NCBI RefSeq assembly: GCF_006345805.1 | Contig: NC_043011.1 | Location: 41,614,464-41,678,463, forward strand | Length of the DNA stretch: 64,000 bases | Direction of reading: 5' to 3' | Origin: Octopus sinensis | Taxonomy: Eukaryota | Part shown: piece after piece, positions 13,562-26,320 of the stretch | Layout of the letters: each line of letters starts with the position of its first letter | Position numbering within the stretch: the first letter of the stretch is position 1 | Translations under genes and position numbers: made by a program | Notes under the pieces: model-generated | What the model was told of the DNA's origin: nothing | Database searches by the model: none | What the model saw: the letters and a program-made list of their open reading frames with translations, nothing else

Positions 13562-13773
13562 AGGTATTTTACTAAATTCTTTATTCTCAAAATTGATTGA
13601 ACCAGCAGCAGTGTATTTCAACAGAAATATGATAACTAAAGGGCTTTACATTGAAGTTTATTAAACAAAGGGCTTCTGATGAAATAACTGCTTGTATGAG
13701 GTCTAACCCACTGGTTTGTCATGGGTGGATGGCAGGGAGAAGTGAGGATTAAAAAGTGAGTGTGTTGGGATTG

Positions 13774-13789
<16 letters not shown>

Positions 13790-13807
<18 letters not shown>

Positions 13808-14005
13808 TTTAGTGTCCAATTTTTAAAAGCTTGCATGAGTCAGGAAGAATTTACTGAGTCAGATTCTTCTGTGTCTGGATGCCCTCCCTGTCACCAACCC
13901 TCACCTGTTTTCCAAATATGGTTATATTTCACAATAGTCAGATATGTTTTTCACAGAAGACTGAGAATAAACACCATTGCTGGTATGTTGGTGGCCTTGT
14001 GTTGA
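13790..14005 (-). mobile_element. Family C variant retroposon ((CAT)n on + strand is its tail)
   Basis: catcatcat...tctggatgccctccctgtcaccaaccctcacctgttttccaa; related copies lie at 26390-26590 (+), 44835-45070 (-) and 59200-59360 (+). Confidence 0.7.
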
Positions 14006-14479
14006 ATGGTCACATGATACCATGACAAAGTAACACACACACATGCACACACATCCTTAGACACATGCACGTAAATATACAAACACATGCACACACACAT
14101 ACAGACATACACGTACACATGCACACAAGCACACAAAGACATACACATGCATACAGAGACATACACACGTACAAATATAGACACACACACCCATACAGAT
14201 ACACACGTACATACACACATACAGACACACACACACACATATCACTAACATGTATGAACACACACATGACAAGATTCTTTCAGTTTCCATCTACCAAATC
14301 CACTTGGAAGGCTTTGGTTGGTCCAGGGTTATAAGAGAAGACCACAGTGGTATCACAACCCTTCAAGATTGATGAAAGAAGCACCGATCAAGCACTGGGT
14401 TCAATGTAACTTAACCCCCCTCTTTCTAAAATTGCTGGTCTTGTGTCTAAATCTGAAACCATTATTAAAGGTGGGGAAG

Positions 14480-14900
14480 GTGGCAAGTTGGCAGAATTAT
14501 TAGCATATCATAATACTTAACAGCACTTCATCAGTCTTGATGTTCTGGGTTCAAATTCCATTGAGGCCACCTGACATTTTTATTCTTTCAGGGTCAAAGA
14601 AATAAGTACCAGTCAAGTAAAGGGGACAATTTTCATGATTTCCCCCTCCCCTCAAAATTTCTGGCCTTGTGCCAAAACTAGAAAGAATTATTAGCGGTTG
14701 TAAGCTGGCAGAATTATTAACACACCAACCAAAATGCCTAGCAATGTTTCTTCCGGCTCTTTATGTTCCGTGTTCAAATTCTACTGAGGTTGTCTTTGCC
14801 TTTCATCTTTTCTGGGTCAATAATTTAAGCACCAATCAATGTAATTGACTGGCCCACTTCCTTGAAAGATTTCAGGTCTTGTGGACCTTGCACCTGTGGT
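14480..14900 (+). mobile_element. Two tandem diverged family A SINEs
   Basis: Two successive head-core-tail units joined by a short att linker. Confidence 0.8.
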
Positions 14901-14934
14901 AGAAATTATTGTTATTTTTATTATTTGTATTACT

Positions 14935-15263
14935 TTGGCTTCCGTGTCGGTGGCACGTAAAAAGTACCATCCGAATCATGGCCGAAGCCAGTGCCGCCTC
15001 GACTGGCTTCCGTGCAGGTGGCTCATAAAATGCACCAATCCGACTGTGGCCGATGCCAGCCTCGCCTGGCTCCAGTGCAGGTGGCACGTAAAAAGCACCC
15101 ACTACACTCACGGAGTGGTTGGCGTTAGGAAGGGCATCCAGCTGTAGAAACATTGCCAGATAAGACCGGAGCCTGGGGCAGCCTTCTGGCTTCCCAGATC
15201 CCCGGTCGAACCGTCCAACCCATGCTAGCATGGAGAACGGACGTTAAACGATGATGATGATGA
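14935..15263 (+). mobile_element. Family C retroposon with three internal tandem units of about 60 bp, little diverged
   Basis: Repeated gtg..ggtggcacgtaaaaagcacc units, then gttggcgttaggaagggcatccagctgtagaaac and ccatgctagcatgg..gacgttaaacgatgatgatgatg. Confidence 0.88.
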
Positions 15264-15847
15264 TTGCTTATAGCACCAGCGCCAATTAGATGTCTGATGT
15301 CTGTATCAGCAATTATGAATTGTTGACAAAATTATCCAGTTACTCCCTAATCTCAACCAAAAATAATTGCTAACTCTAGTGAAATTTGAAATCAGGAACC
15401 CAGAACTATAGGGGAAGATACACATAAACACTATAAAACATTTAGTTGTGGTGGTGGTGGTGGTGGTGGTTGTGGGAGACACACACACAGTATTCTAACA
15501 TTGTCTACCCTCGTTTCACCCCTCCCCCCCACCCCACCGATCAAATGTTTAAATACCATCATAGCACAGCAAGAATACCTGTTGACTGGTTCACTGATTG
15601 TTCACCAATCGTTCACCAATCGTTCACGTTTCTTGCATTAATTATTACAATGATAAAAGGCTTGTTCACTACAATTCGGTAAACCACGTACGGTGAATGA
15701 TTCCTTCTTTATGTAAACTGTACAGTACTTTGATTGCACATTTGTGCAGAACAGCAGAACTACAAGAAATGCAGACTGCTGCAACAGGCAGGTTTAGCAG
15801 CGCAGTTTTTGTTTCCCTGCTTGCTGTGGTCTTTTGTAACGAGAACA

Positions 15848-15879
<32 letters not shown>

Positions 15880-16184
15880 TCACTACTACCCTCTCTCTTC
15901 ACTCTCATTCACCTTTCTTTTTTCCCTCCTCTCTCTCTCTCTTCCATATTCCTATGACAATATATAGCAAGTGCACCATTTAAAGAACATGTGCACATGC
16001 AAGCATGATGTATAGGTTTGTGTGTGTGTGTCCATGTGTGAATATCTGTGTGTGTGTATATATATATATGTATACATATGTGTGTATATGTGTTTATATA
16101 TATATATATATACATATATACACACACACACTAAATTTTACTCTTTTATTTTTTTTACTTGTTTCAGCCATGTGGCTGCAGTCG

Positions 16185-16198
16185 TGTGTGTGTGTATA

Positions 16199-16240
<42 letters not shown>

Positions 16241-16396
16241 TATATATATATATATATAGATATGTGTGTGGTGTGTGTGTGTGTGTGTGTGTGCGTATAT
16301 GTGTGTGTGTGTGTGTGTGTGCGTATATGTGTATGTGTGTGTGTGTGTATAGTATATATATATATATATATATATACAAGCGTATATATAAATACG

Positions 16397-16431
<35 letters not shown>

Positions 16432-17070
16432 TATATACAAGCGTATATATAAATACGTATATATATATATACATATATATATGTATGCATATATATAATA
16501 CATATATATGTATGCATATATATATACATATATATGTATGCATATATATATATACATACATATATGTATGCATATATATATGTATGCATATATATATATA
16601 TATGCATATATATATGTATGCATATATATATATATATAATACATATATATATGTATGCATATATATATACATATATATATGTATGCATTATATATACATA
16701 CATATATGTATGCATATATATATGTATGCATATATATATATATATACATATATATATGTATGCATATATATATATATATACATATATATATGTATGCATA
16801 TATATATACATATATATGTATACATATATATGTATACATATATATATACATATATATGTATCATATATATGTATACATATATATATATACATATATATAT
16901 ACATATATATGTATACATATATATGTATACAATATATATATATACATATATGTATACATATATATATGTATACATATATGTATACATATATATATGTATA
17001 CATATATATATACATATATATATGTATGCATATATATATATATATACATATATATGTATACATATATATA

Positions 17071-17119
<49 letters not shown>

Positions 17120-17200
17120 TGTATGCATATATATATATATATATGTATGCATATATATATATACATATGTGTGCATTTATATGCCTGAATATTAGTATGT
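16185..17200. repeat. About 1 kb of compound (TA)n/(TATG)/(TATGCA) microsatellite with higher-order units
   Basis: Visible directly; it includes a duplicated tacaagcgtatatataaatacg block at about 16375 and 16437. Confidence 0.95.
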
Positions 17201-17881
17201 ATATGTAGGTGCACATGTATCAATCAATCTACATGAATATGTATATATATATGTATGCACTTTCTCTGTCTGTAGGTGTATCTATACATGCATATACATG
17301 TGTGTATATGTGTGTGTGTGTTGTGTGTACATGTCATGTGGAACGTAGAATGTTTGTTTTTTTTTTCCTTTCCAGTGACTTCTACAATGGCTTTCATAAC
17401 ATTCTGCTTAATTTTTGCTCAACTGAGTGGCAAAAGACCAAACAATGTGATCAGCAATGCAGACTTGGGTCGGGTGTACGAGTGATGAAGGCTGGGAAGT
17501 ATTCTTGGGGGGGGGGCGAAAGCAATCGGAGATTACAAGCGAGTTTTGTTTGGAAGTTGTCTCTCATAAAATGAATAATGTTGTTGTTGTTTGTTGCTGT
17601 CCACCATGCCCTCCGCCTTCACTACCACCAATAGCCACTATTATCACCACCACCACAGTTTCTGCAATACCACCACTGGCACTAACACCACTATCACCAG
17701 ACCAGTACCATGATAAATACCATCACCATCATTGTCACTGCTACCATCACCACCACCACCACCACCACTTTTTATTGTGGTTTACTGTAACTTCAAAAAA
17801 TCACTTATATCTTGGAGGTGTGGTGCAGAAAAAATGGAAACCAAACTATTTACTTCAGATTATTATTATTATTATTATTAT

Positions 17882-18115
17882 GGCAGCAAGCTAACAGAAT
17901 CCTTAGCATGCTGGGAAAAAAGCTTTGCAGTATTTTCTCTGTCTTTGTGTTCTGAGTTCAAATTCTGCAAAGGTGAACTTTACCATTCATCCTTCCGTCG
18001 GGTGGGGGGTGTTAGTGGGGTCAATAGATAAAGAACCAATGAAACACTGGGGTCAGTGTAGTCAACTAGTCCCCTCCCCCAAAATTTCAGGCCTTGTGTC
18101 TTTAGTAGAAAGGAC

Positions 18116-18166
<51 letters not shown>

Positions 18167-18610
18167 GATAGCAAGCTGGCAGAATCATTAGCATGCTGGG
18201 CGAAGTGCTTAGTAGCATTTCGTCTGTCTTCGTGTTCTGAGTTCAAATGCCGCCAGGGTCGACTTTGCCTTTCATCCTTTCAGGGCCGATAAATTAAGTA
18301 CCAGTTATGCACTGGGGTCAATGTAATCAACTAGTCCCCTCCCCCAAAATTTCGGGCCTTGTGCCTTTAGTAGAAAGGATTATTATTATTAGGGCAGTGG
18401 GCTGGCAGAAACGTTAGCACACCTGGCAAAATGCTTCATGGCATTTCGTCTGTCTTTGTGTTCTGAGTTCAAATTCCATCGAGGTCAACTTTGCCTTTTA
18501 TCCTTTTGGGGTTGTTAAAATAAGTACCAGTTATGCACTGGGATTGATGTAATCTATTTACACCCTCCCTCCCAAACTGCTGGCCTTGTGCCAAAGTTTG
18601 TAATCATGAT
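17882..18610 (+). mobile_element. Head-to-tail array of three family A SINEs joined by (ATT)n
   Basis: Three units start near 17882, 18165 and 18392, each following an att tract. Confidence 0.9.
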
Positions 18611-18644
18611 TATTGTTGTTGTTGGTGATGGTGGTGGTCTTGTG

Positions 18645-18905
18645 TGAAGGTATATGGCTCAGTGGTTAGAGCATCAGGCACACAATCATGAGATAGCAAG
18701 TTCAATCCCTGGACCGAGCTGTGTGTTGTGTTCTTGAGCAAGACTTTTTATTTCATGTTGTTCCTGTTCACTCAGCTGTAGAAATGAGTTTTGATGTCCC
18801 TTGGATAACATTGGTGGCATTGAGAAGGGAGACTGGTATGTATGGGCAACTGCCTGGACTTGTGCCTTGGGGGGGGGGGACTTTCTAGATGCAATCTTAT
18901 GGTCA
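18645..18905 (+). mobile_element. Family G tRNA-headed SINE with a CORE-like block
   Basis: tggctcagtggttagagc...gttcaatccc...gtgttgtgttcttgagcaagac...cactcagctg; relatives lie at 38295-38460 (-), 43262-43650 (-), 48665-48815 (+) and 55066-55315 (+). Confidence 0.8.
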
Positions 18906-19194
18906 AGCATGACTAAAAGGGGGTGGGTCTCCTTCCTTCCTGTTGTTGTTAAAGCATTGAACTGGTAGACTCATTAGCACACCTGCCAAAATGCTTAGTG
19001 GCATTTTGTCCATTTTTTTGTTTTTGTTTTAAGTTTAAATTCTGTCGAGGTCAACTTTGCCTTTTGACTTTTTGGGGTCAATAAAATAAGTATCAGGTGA
19101 ACACTGAGGTTGATTTAATCAACTTCCTTCCTGGAATTTCTGGCCTTGTTCCAAAATTTGAAACTATTATTATTGCTGTTAGTGCAGCGTAACC

Positions 19195-19628
19195 GGTCTA
19201 TATAAGAGAACCCTTCAATCATTGGGCAATAAACTGTGCTTGCAAAGACCTGTTGAGGCAAGTAAAGTCGTTGTTGTGGCCGATGACATTACCACCTGAT
19301 TGGCACCCGTGCCAGTGGCATATAAAAAGCACCATTCAAGTGTGGTCATTACCATTTCAGCCTGACTGGCTCCTGTGCCAGTGGCATGTAAAAAGCGCCA
19401 TGTAAGTGCGGCCAATGCCAGTACCACCTGATTGGCCCTCATGCCAGTCGCACGTAAAAATCACCCACTACACTCTCAGAGTGGTTGGCATTAGGAAGGG
19501 CTTCAAGCTGTAGAAACCTTGCCAGATTGGATTGGGGCCTGGTGCAGCCTTCTGGCTTGCCAGTACTTAGTCAAACAATCCAACCCAAGCCAGCATGGAA
19601 AGGAGATGTTCAACGATGATGATGATGA
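19195..19628 (+). mobile_element. Family C retroposon with three internal tandem units
   Basis: Same block structure as 14935-15263. Confidence 0.85.
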
Positions 19629-20728
19629 TTATTGCTGCTGTTGTTGTTGTTAAGACTGCCGGCTAGCAGAATAGTGGCATTTCATTTGTTTTTACATTCT
19701 GAGTTCAAATTCTGCTGAAGTTGATTTCCCTCCCATACTTTTGGGGTCAATAAAGTAAGTACCAGCTATGTATTGGGGCTGATGTAACTGACTAGCCCAT
19801 TCCGCATTGTGGAGCACCTGTGCTGCAATGCATTCAGATTTCTTTTTTTTTTCTTTGTAATTATTGGACTTGGAAAAAAGGAAAATACCTGAGATTGGTG
19901 AGATTTGATGCCATTAATGTTTATCTTGAACTGTTATGAGTCGGCATCTGCTGAGTGTGTGTGGGACATGAACTGAGAGGAAGTTCCAGCAGGATGACTT
20001 TCTGGTGGGGAAGAACTAGGCAAAAATGATTCTTTCAGAGACTGGGATGTTGAATATGATAACAGCAATGAAAAGAGTCGGGTTAGAATGGTAAAGAGAG
20101 GCGTGGAACCTTGTGAGTGAATTTGGTAGAGAAAAGCTGTGTGAAAGACTACCTTGTGTATGTCCTTTTGTATCTCGTATTTAAACACCGTTCAGCACCA
20201 ACCAGTTTTTGATTCAGCAAAACAGGGGCCATCAGAATAAGCAGTGGAGAATGATACGATAAAGTAAAAATCCTGCCAATACAGTGCTCCAGCATGGCCA
20301 CTGTCCTATGGCTGAAACCAGTAAAAGAGTAACAGTGAAACAGTTATCATGTTTGTCTCCTTCAATAATTTGCTTTGTTGTAACCTAAATAAGAAATTAG
20401 AAATAATCAATTTTTTCAATTAATATTGAGAAAACAATTTTTGGAAAATAAAAAAAAAATTAATAAATTTGTACCATTTTAGCTTTGTTTAGTCAGTCGG
20501 ATTTAAAAAAAAATTTCAGACAGTTGAAGACATTTCTGTTATAAATATCTATTGGAGATACTGACTAAAGAGATCTTTAAATAGGTGTAATTAAAATCCC
20601 TAATTAAATTAATGCTTGATTAATTTTTTTTTTAGAAGTTATTCTTCTCAAATAAGGAACTGAAAAGATTGTTTTTAATACTGCTTGAACACTGCATTTA
20701 ACTCCATTAGCCCATTATTATATCAGAT

Positions 20729-20779
<51 letters not shown>

Positions 20780-20794
20780 GATATATATATAAAC

Positions 20795-20952
20795 TTTATT
20801 TGTGGGTTAACAAGGCAACCAATGGTTTCATGTGAAGAGATCTGCACATTGTTCAAGAAAGTCACATGGAAGAGTTGGTACTTGTCTCTAAAAAAAATTG
20901 TGAAGATCTCTTCGCATGAAACCATTGGTTGTCTTGTTAACTCACTAATAAA
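20795..20952. repeat. Long imperfect inverted repeat (arms about 55 bp), small MITE-like hairpin
   Basis: gttaacaaggcaaccaatggtttcatgtgaagagatct vs agatctcttcgcatgaaaccattggttgtcttgttaac. Confidence 0.85.
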
Positions 20953-21165
20953 CAATATTCATCCACCAATGTGGTATTGAGCACTCATTCTCAATGTTTT
21001 ATATTAGGGTAACCCCCCCCCCCCACAACACATTTATTATTAATCAGTCAATTTAGTGACTGAAGGGGTAAGAGTCAAAATATTGAATTCACGTTACTCT
21101 AACCAAATGCATTGAGTGCTAATTTTGTTTATCCATTCAATCATGTACATAGGTGTGTGTGTGTG

Positions 21166-21231
<66 letters not shown>

Positions 21232-24200
21232 AGTATAGGTACCCTTGGTAGCTATGGCAGCTGCAAGTTAAAAAAAAATACTCAACATGTTTGAAGGCAG
21301 ACTTATTTTATAATAGAAAGTTGACCTGCAATTTGCAAGATGTTTCACCTAGAGACCAACAAATCTTTTAGATTCATCAGAATTTTCTTTATAATATTCA
21401 CTCTGTTTCCATTACACTCTTGACCACCCACATTCCATGCTCTCTCCCTCATCAGCTAACATTACAACCCCATTTCCACACCACTACCTGCCAATCACCT
21501 CCCCCTGCTCATCTATTATTATTCATCATATTCTCTGACCACTTGCTATTTTCATAACTATCCTTCACTTATGCTCTCTTTTTACTTATAAATATGTACC
21601 TACCATAATTGTCTCTCTTCCATTGCACCCAACCTTTACAACATCTTATTGTCTCACTTCTCTTCCACTGCAGTAATTCAATTACTGTTCTCTCATTTCA
21701 TACACATCATCGGGCTCTCATTTCTTTCTCCTCCCCACCTTACTTTATCTTCTGTAATCGTCTCCACCCCTTTCTACCCATTCTGTTGATCACATAATCC
21801 TGAACATATGGAAACAGCCAGAGCAGTAAGGATTATTTTCTGTCTTGCAGAGTACAGGGCAGCCTCAGTAATGCTGGTGCCTGCCACAATAATATGCACC
21901 CAGTACACCCAATAAACAAACAAGCACAAGCATTGTAGGGTTGTGGTAAGCCTTTAGTCTTGTCCAGAACATGGCAGTCTCTCTAATACTGGTGCTATTG
22001 TAAAACATACCCAGTACAATCTATAAAAATGGTCAATCAGTATCCAGATGTAGAAATGATGCCTAAATGAAACATACAGGTGAATGTGGTACCCCAACAA
22101 CACTTAGATGGGCAGTAACTATGAATAAGAACTGCCATGTTCTGTGACAACTTGTCTAAGCCATAGAAGCATAGAAGCAGACATAAAATGATAAGACGAT
22201 TGAGATATATATATATATATATCATTGTTTAAGGTTCATATTCCCTGCTAACATGAGTTTGAAGGTTTCACAGAATCCAACAAATTGCAGGACTGCATCA
22301 AAGTCCAGTGTCAGCTTTGGCATGGTTTATATGGGGTAGATGCCGTTCCTAATGCCAGCCACCCTACAGTGTGTACTGGGTACTTTTTTTTTTTTGTAAG
22401 TCATCAGTGCAAGGGAAGTCATCAAATAACTCACAAGACAAAGAAAAATCTCCCTCACCCCCCACGCACCCCCCATACACAACACAACACACACACACAT
22501 GACGCACACATACGCATACATACACACATGCATACACAAGCACAGACACACACCACGCACCCACACCCACACAAACACATGACGTACAAATGCGCACCCA
22601 CACACTACACCTCCATACACCTCCATACCCCCCCACACATGATGCATGTACATGCACATACACCACACCCACTCACCCCCCCTGGTACACACACACACAC
22701 ATACACATGTGCACACACATGCACACACACATAAACACACACACACAAAGTTGATGGTTTCAAATCCTAGAATGAGTGATAACAAAGGTGTTCTTTAGTA
22801 AACTGCTTCGTTTCCTGTTGCCCCAGTCCCTCTCAGCTGAAAACAAGTCCCACCAACTTGGCATTAGCCCTGAGACCAACTAGTGTCCTATTTAGGTTGT
22901 TCTATGTATTTTAATCTTGATCACTCACCCTGGGCTAAACTCCGGCCTGTAGGCTCATGACAAACCTAAGATATATTAGTTTATAGTGGGTGTATTATTA
23001 TCATTAATCATAATAATAGAATACAATATTACAGCCTTATTGTAGCCAATTTTCCAATTGGTTTCATACCAGAAATTGAGAACTAACTCTGGCAATCATC
23101 AGAAATGACTACATAGTCATTGTCTCAATTCATTTTTAAAATAATGAAGAATTAAATAAAATAACTTAGTCATTATTGAGCTGGTGATTGTAATGTAAAT
23201 TAATATAATCTAGATAACTTTAACCCTTTTCTTATTGTATTTCTGTTGAAATATGGTGCCTTTGTTTCAATTTTGAAAATAATGAAGGATTTAGTAAAAT
23301 AAGTTTGTCATTATTAATCTGGTGTTTGGAATATAAATGAACTTGAAATATTTTGATGTTTAGATCAGAAGTTTGTATCATATAACTAGTGGGGGTGGTC
23401 TCAGGTAGGTTGGTATCAAAATGGTTAACTGTTTTATCCGGGCCTTAAGAATATTTTACATTTACATAAAATAATACCAAATGTTTTCTGTCCTTATGTG
23501 TGTTTGTGTGTGTGTTTATGTGTTTATGCGTGTGTATTTGTGTGTGTGTACGTGTGTGTGAATGTGTATCTCATTTTTGATTATGTGTTTATTTTTTTGT
23601 TAAACCACAGCTTATGGTATGTTGATCAGTGACAGAGTGGCACCTGTGCCTCTTCCTGTACCAAGTAGGTCACTTTTTATACTTTTTCAATTTCATCTAA
23701 GGCAACCCCTAGGTGTTAGAAATAGCAGCCATATCTTCCTCAAACGACACCTTATTGTCTTTTAATGAAAAGAAAAGCAAGGAACATGGACAAGATAACG
23801 TAGTCTGTGTTAGACCATTCCTGAAAATTATATGAGATGGCCATAACTGAAACAGTTTTGATCATAGGTCTGCTTAATCAGGTCTCACCTGGGGTAAGAC
23901 AACACCTACTCAACTCATTTGGTTGAGATGATCAATTGACACCTCTCACTTGCAAAAGTTTGTTGTCTTCTTCTAAGACATTGCCAACATTGTACAAAAG
24001 TCTTGAAGGGAATTGACATATGTTATTGTCTGGAACTCAGCATGAGAGAATCCAAAGACATAGTCTTCAGCAACATCTGTTAATATGGCTAATAATATTT
24101 CTTACATCTGAGTTTTTGAATTGTGGGTTTTTTGCTTCTTAACGACACTTAATTTTGGTACTCTTCCTCCTACAAAGAAACTGGTGGTACTTTTCAGTCT

Positions 24201-24522
24201 GCTGGGAAGTGGTTCCATTTTTTCAATCAAAGGGAAGGTCACAGCAACAATTTGGTGGCACGTCATGCTAGTGGCATGTTAAAAAGCACCCAGCACATTC
24301 TGTAAAGTGGTTGGCATTAGGAAGGACATCTAGCCATAGAAACCAAACCAAATCAGACTGGAACCTGGTGCAGCTTCCTAGCTTTGGTCAAACTGTCCAA
24401 CACATGCCAGCCTGGAAAAATAGGCATCAAAGCATGATGATGGTTATCTCTGATTCCTTAGAATTACTCTTGTGATGATTCTCAAAGTTCAGTTTTCTGG
24501 CCTGTGCATGTATGTATGTGTG

Positions 24523-24554
<32 letters not shown>

Positions 24555-24855
24555 TTATAGATAGATAGATAGATTTATTTTTCTTCTTTTTTCTTACCTT
24601 TTTCCATTTTATCTTTTCCTTTTGATTCTCTTTTCTCTTTCTTCCATTTCCTTTTGACTTCATACTCTGACAGGAATTCTATATATAAGTATCGGCATGC
24701 AAATTCCATCATTTCTTCAGTCAATTTGCCTAAAGACTCTATGCTTCTACAAACGAAACTCTAAGTAACAAGAGACTTATTCAACCAAAATAAAACTATT
24801 ACTGTTGTATCATGCACTCTTTTTTGCCAATGCTTAGCACTAAACTGCATGTGCA

Positions 24856-24905
<50 letters not shown>

Positions 24906-25089
24906 TGTGTATATAATGTACACATACATAATACATAGATGCGCACACACACACACACACATAAAAGCTGTAAGTATGGTGTGGTTGTGTGGTTATGAAG
25001 TTTGCTGTCCAGCTTTGTGGTTTTAGGTTCAACCCCACTGTTTGAGACAATTTGTGCAAGTTTCTTCTATAGGCCAGGAGTGAATTTGG

Positions 25090-25394
25090 TAGGCAGAAAC
25101 TGAAAGTGTATATATGTGTGTATGTATGTGTGTATGTATATGTACGTATGTGTGTATATGTATGTATGTGTGTGTGTATATATGTGTGTGTGTATGTGTA
25201 TGTATGTGTGTATGTATATATATGTGTATATGTATGTGTATATATATATGTATGTGTATATATATATATATATGTATGTGTATATATATATATGTATGTG
25301 TATATATATATGTATATGTGTATATATATATATGTATATGTGTGTATATATATATGTATATGTGTGTATATATATGTATATGTGTATATGTATA

Positions 25395-25469
<75 letters not shown>

Positions 25470-25478
25470 ATATATATG

Positions 25479-25514
<36 letters not shown>

Positions 25515-25800
25515 GTGTGTATGTATATATATGTATGTGTGTATATATATATATATATATTATGTATGTGTGTATATATTATATATATGTATGTGTGTAT
25601 ATATATATATATATATGTATGTGTGTATATATGTATGTGTGTATATATATATGTATGTGTGTATATATATATATATGTATGTATATATATATATGTACAT
25701 GTGTGTATATGTATATATGTATGTATATGTATATAAATGTGTTTATATATGTGTGTATATATATATATATATATGTGTATGTGTGTGTCTGTGCATGTGA
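25090..25800. repeat. Compound TA/TG/TATG microsatellite following a family B SINE 5' half (24970-25100)
   Basis: Visible directly. Confidence 0.93.
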
Positions 25801-26009
25801 TGAGTCCATTTATATAGAGCACAGGCATGGATGTGTGGTAAGAATCTTCCCAACCATATGGTTCAGGTTGAGTCCTACTGTATGGTACCTTGGTTGTCTT
25901 TTACTATAGCCTTGGGCCGACCAAAGCCTTGTGAGTGGATTTGGTAGATGGAACTGAAAGAAGTCTGTTGTATGTATATAACTTGGATAACTTAGATTGG
26001 TTTTGGTCA

Positions 26010-26320
26010 TTATCGGCACAGGCCATGACTAACTCAATAGTGCCACCTGGAAAAGTCTTTTAGTTAATTATTTCGGGACACCATGGACTACTCAAGCAGA
26101 GAGTTGTTGATTGAGGCATGTCCAGGTGTATGTGGTTTATCTGGTATTTCCTGGAGGAATTTGTCCAGGTACCGTTTGAAAGTTGTGGGGTCTTTTTCTT
26201 TTTTAATTTCTTTCGGGATAACATTGAAAAGAGCAAGACCATTTGCAGTGAAGAAATTGTGCTGCAATGTTCGTAAGTGATGTGGTCTTGACCTTTGTAG
26301 GGGATGCATTGCAGGGGGGG
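26010..26320 (-). mobile_element. 3' fragment of a CR1/L2-group LINE (ORF2 C-terminus plus 3' UTR)
   Basis: ORF 26088-26309 contains FTANGLALFNVIPKEIK..DPTTFKRYLDKFLQEIPDKP..PG..SINNSL, matching the G..LFN.LP..I....FK..LDKFL..IPD.P C-terminal pattern of such LINEs. Confidence 0.75.

Larger units (their letters stand above)
12570..13650. mobile_element. Chain of three TTAA-type MITEs joined at shared TTAA sites (13019-13022, 13237-13240)
   Basis: The first two units have ttaacccttt ... aaagggttaa-type ends and the third is partial; related copies lie at about 11470-11690, 23220-23430 and 59575-59790. Confidence 0.65.

Noticed and set aside
14940-15110. CRISPR-like look of palindromic units repeated at about 60-bp spacing
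   Set aside because: The sequences between the palindromes are homologous rather than unique spacers, the context is eukaryotic, and there are no cas genes; these are internal tandem units of family C.
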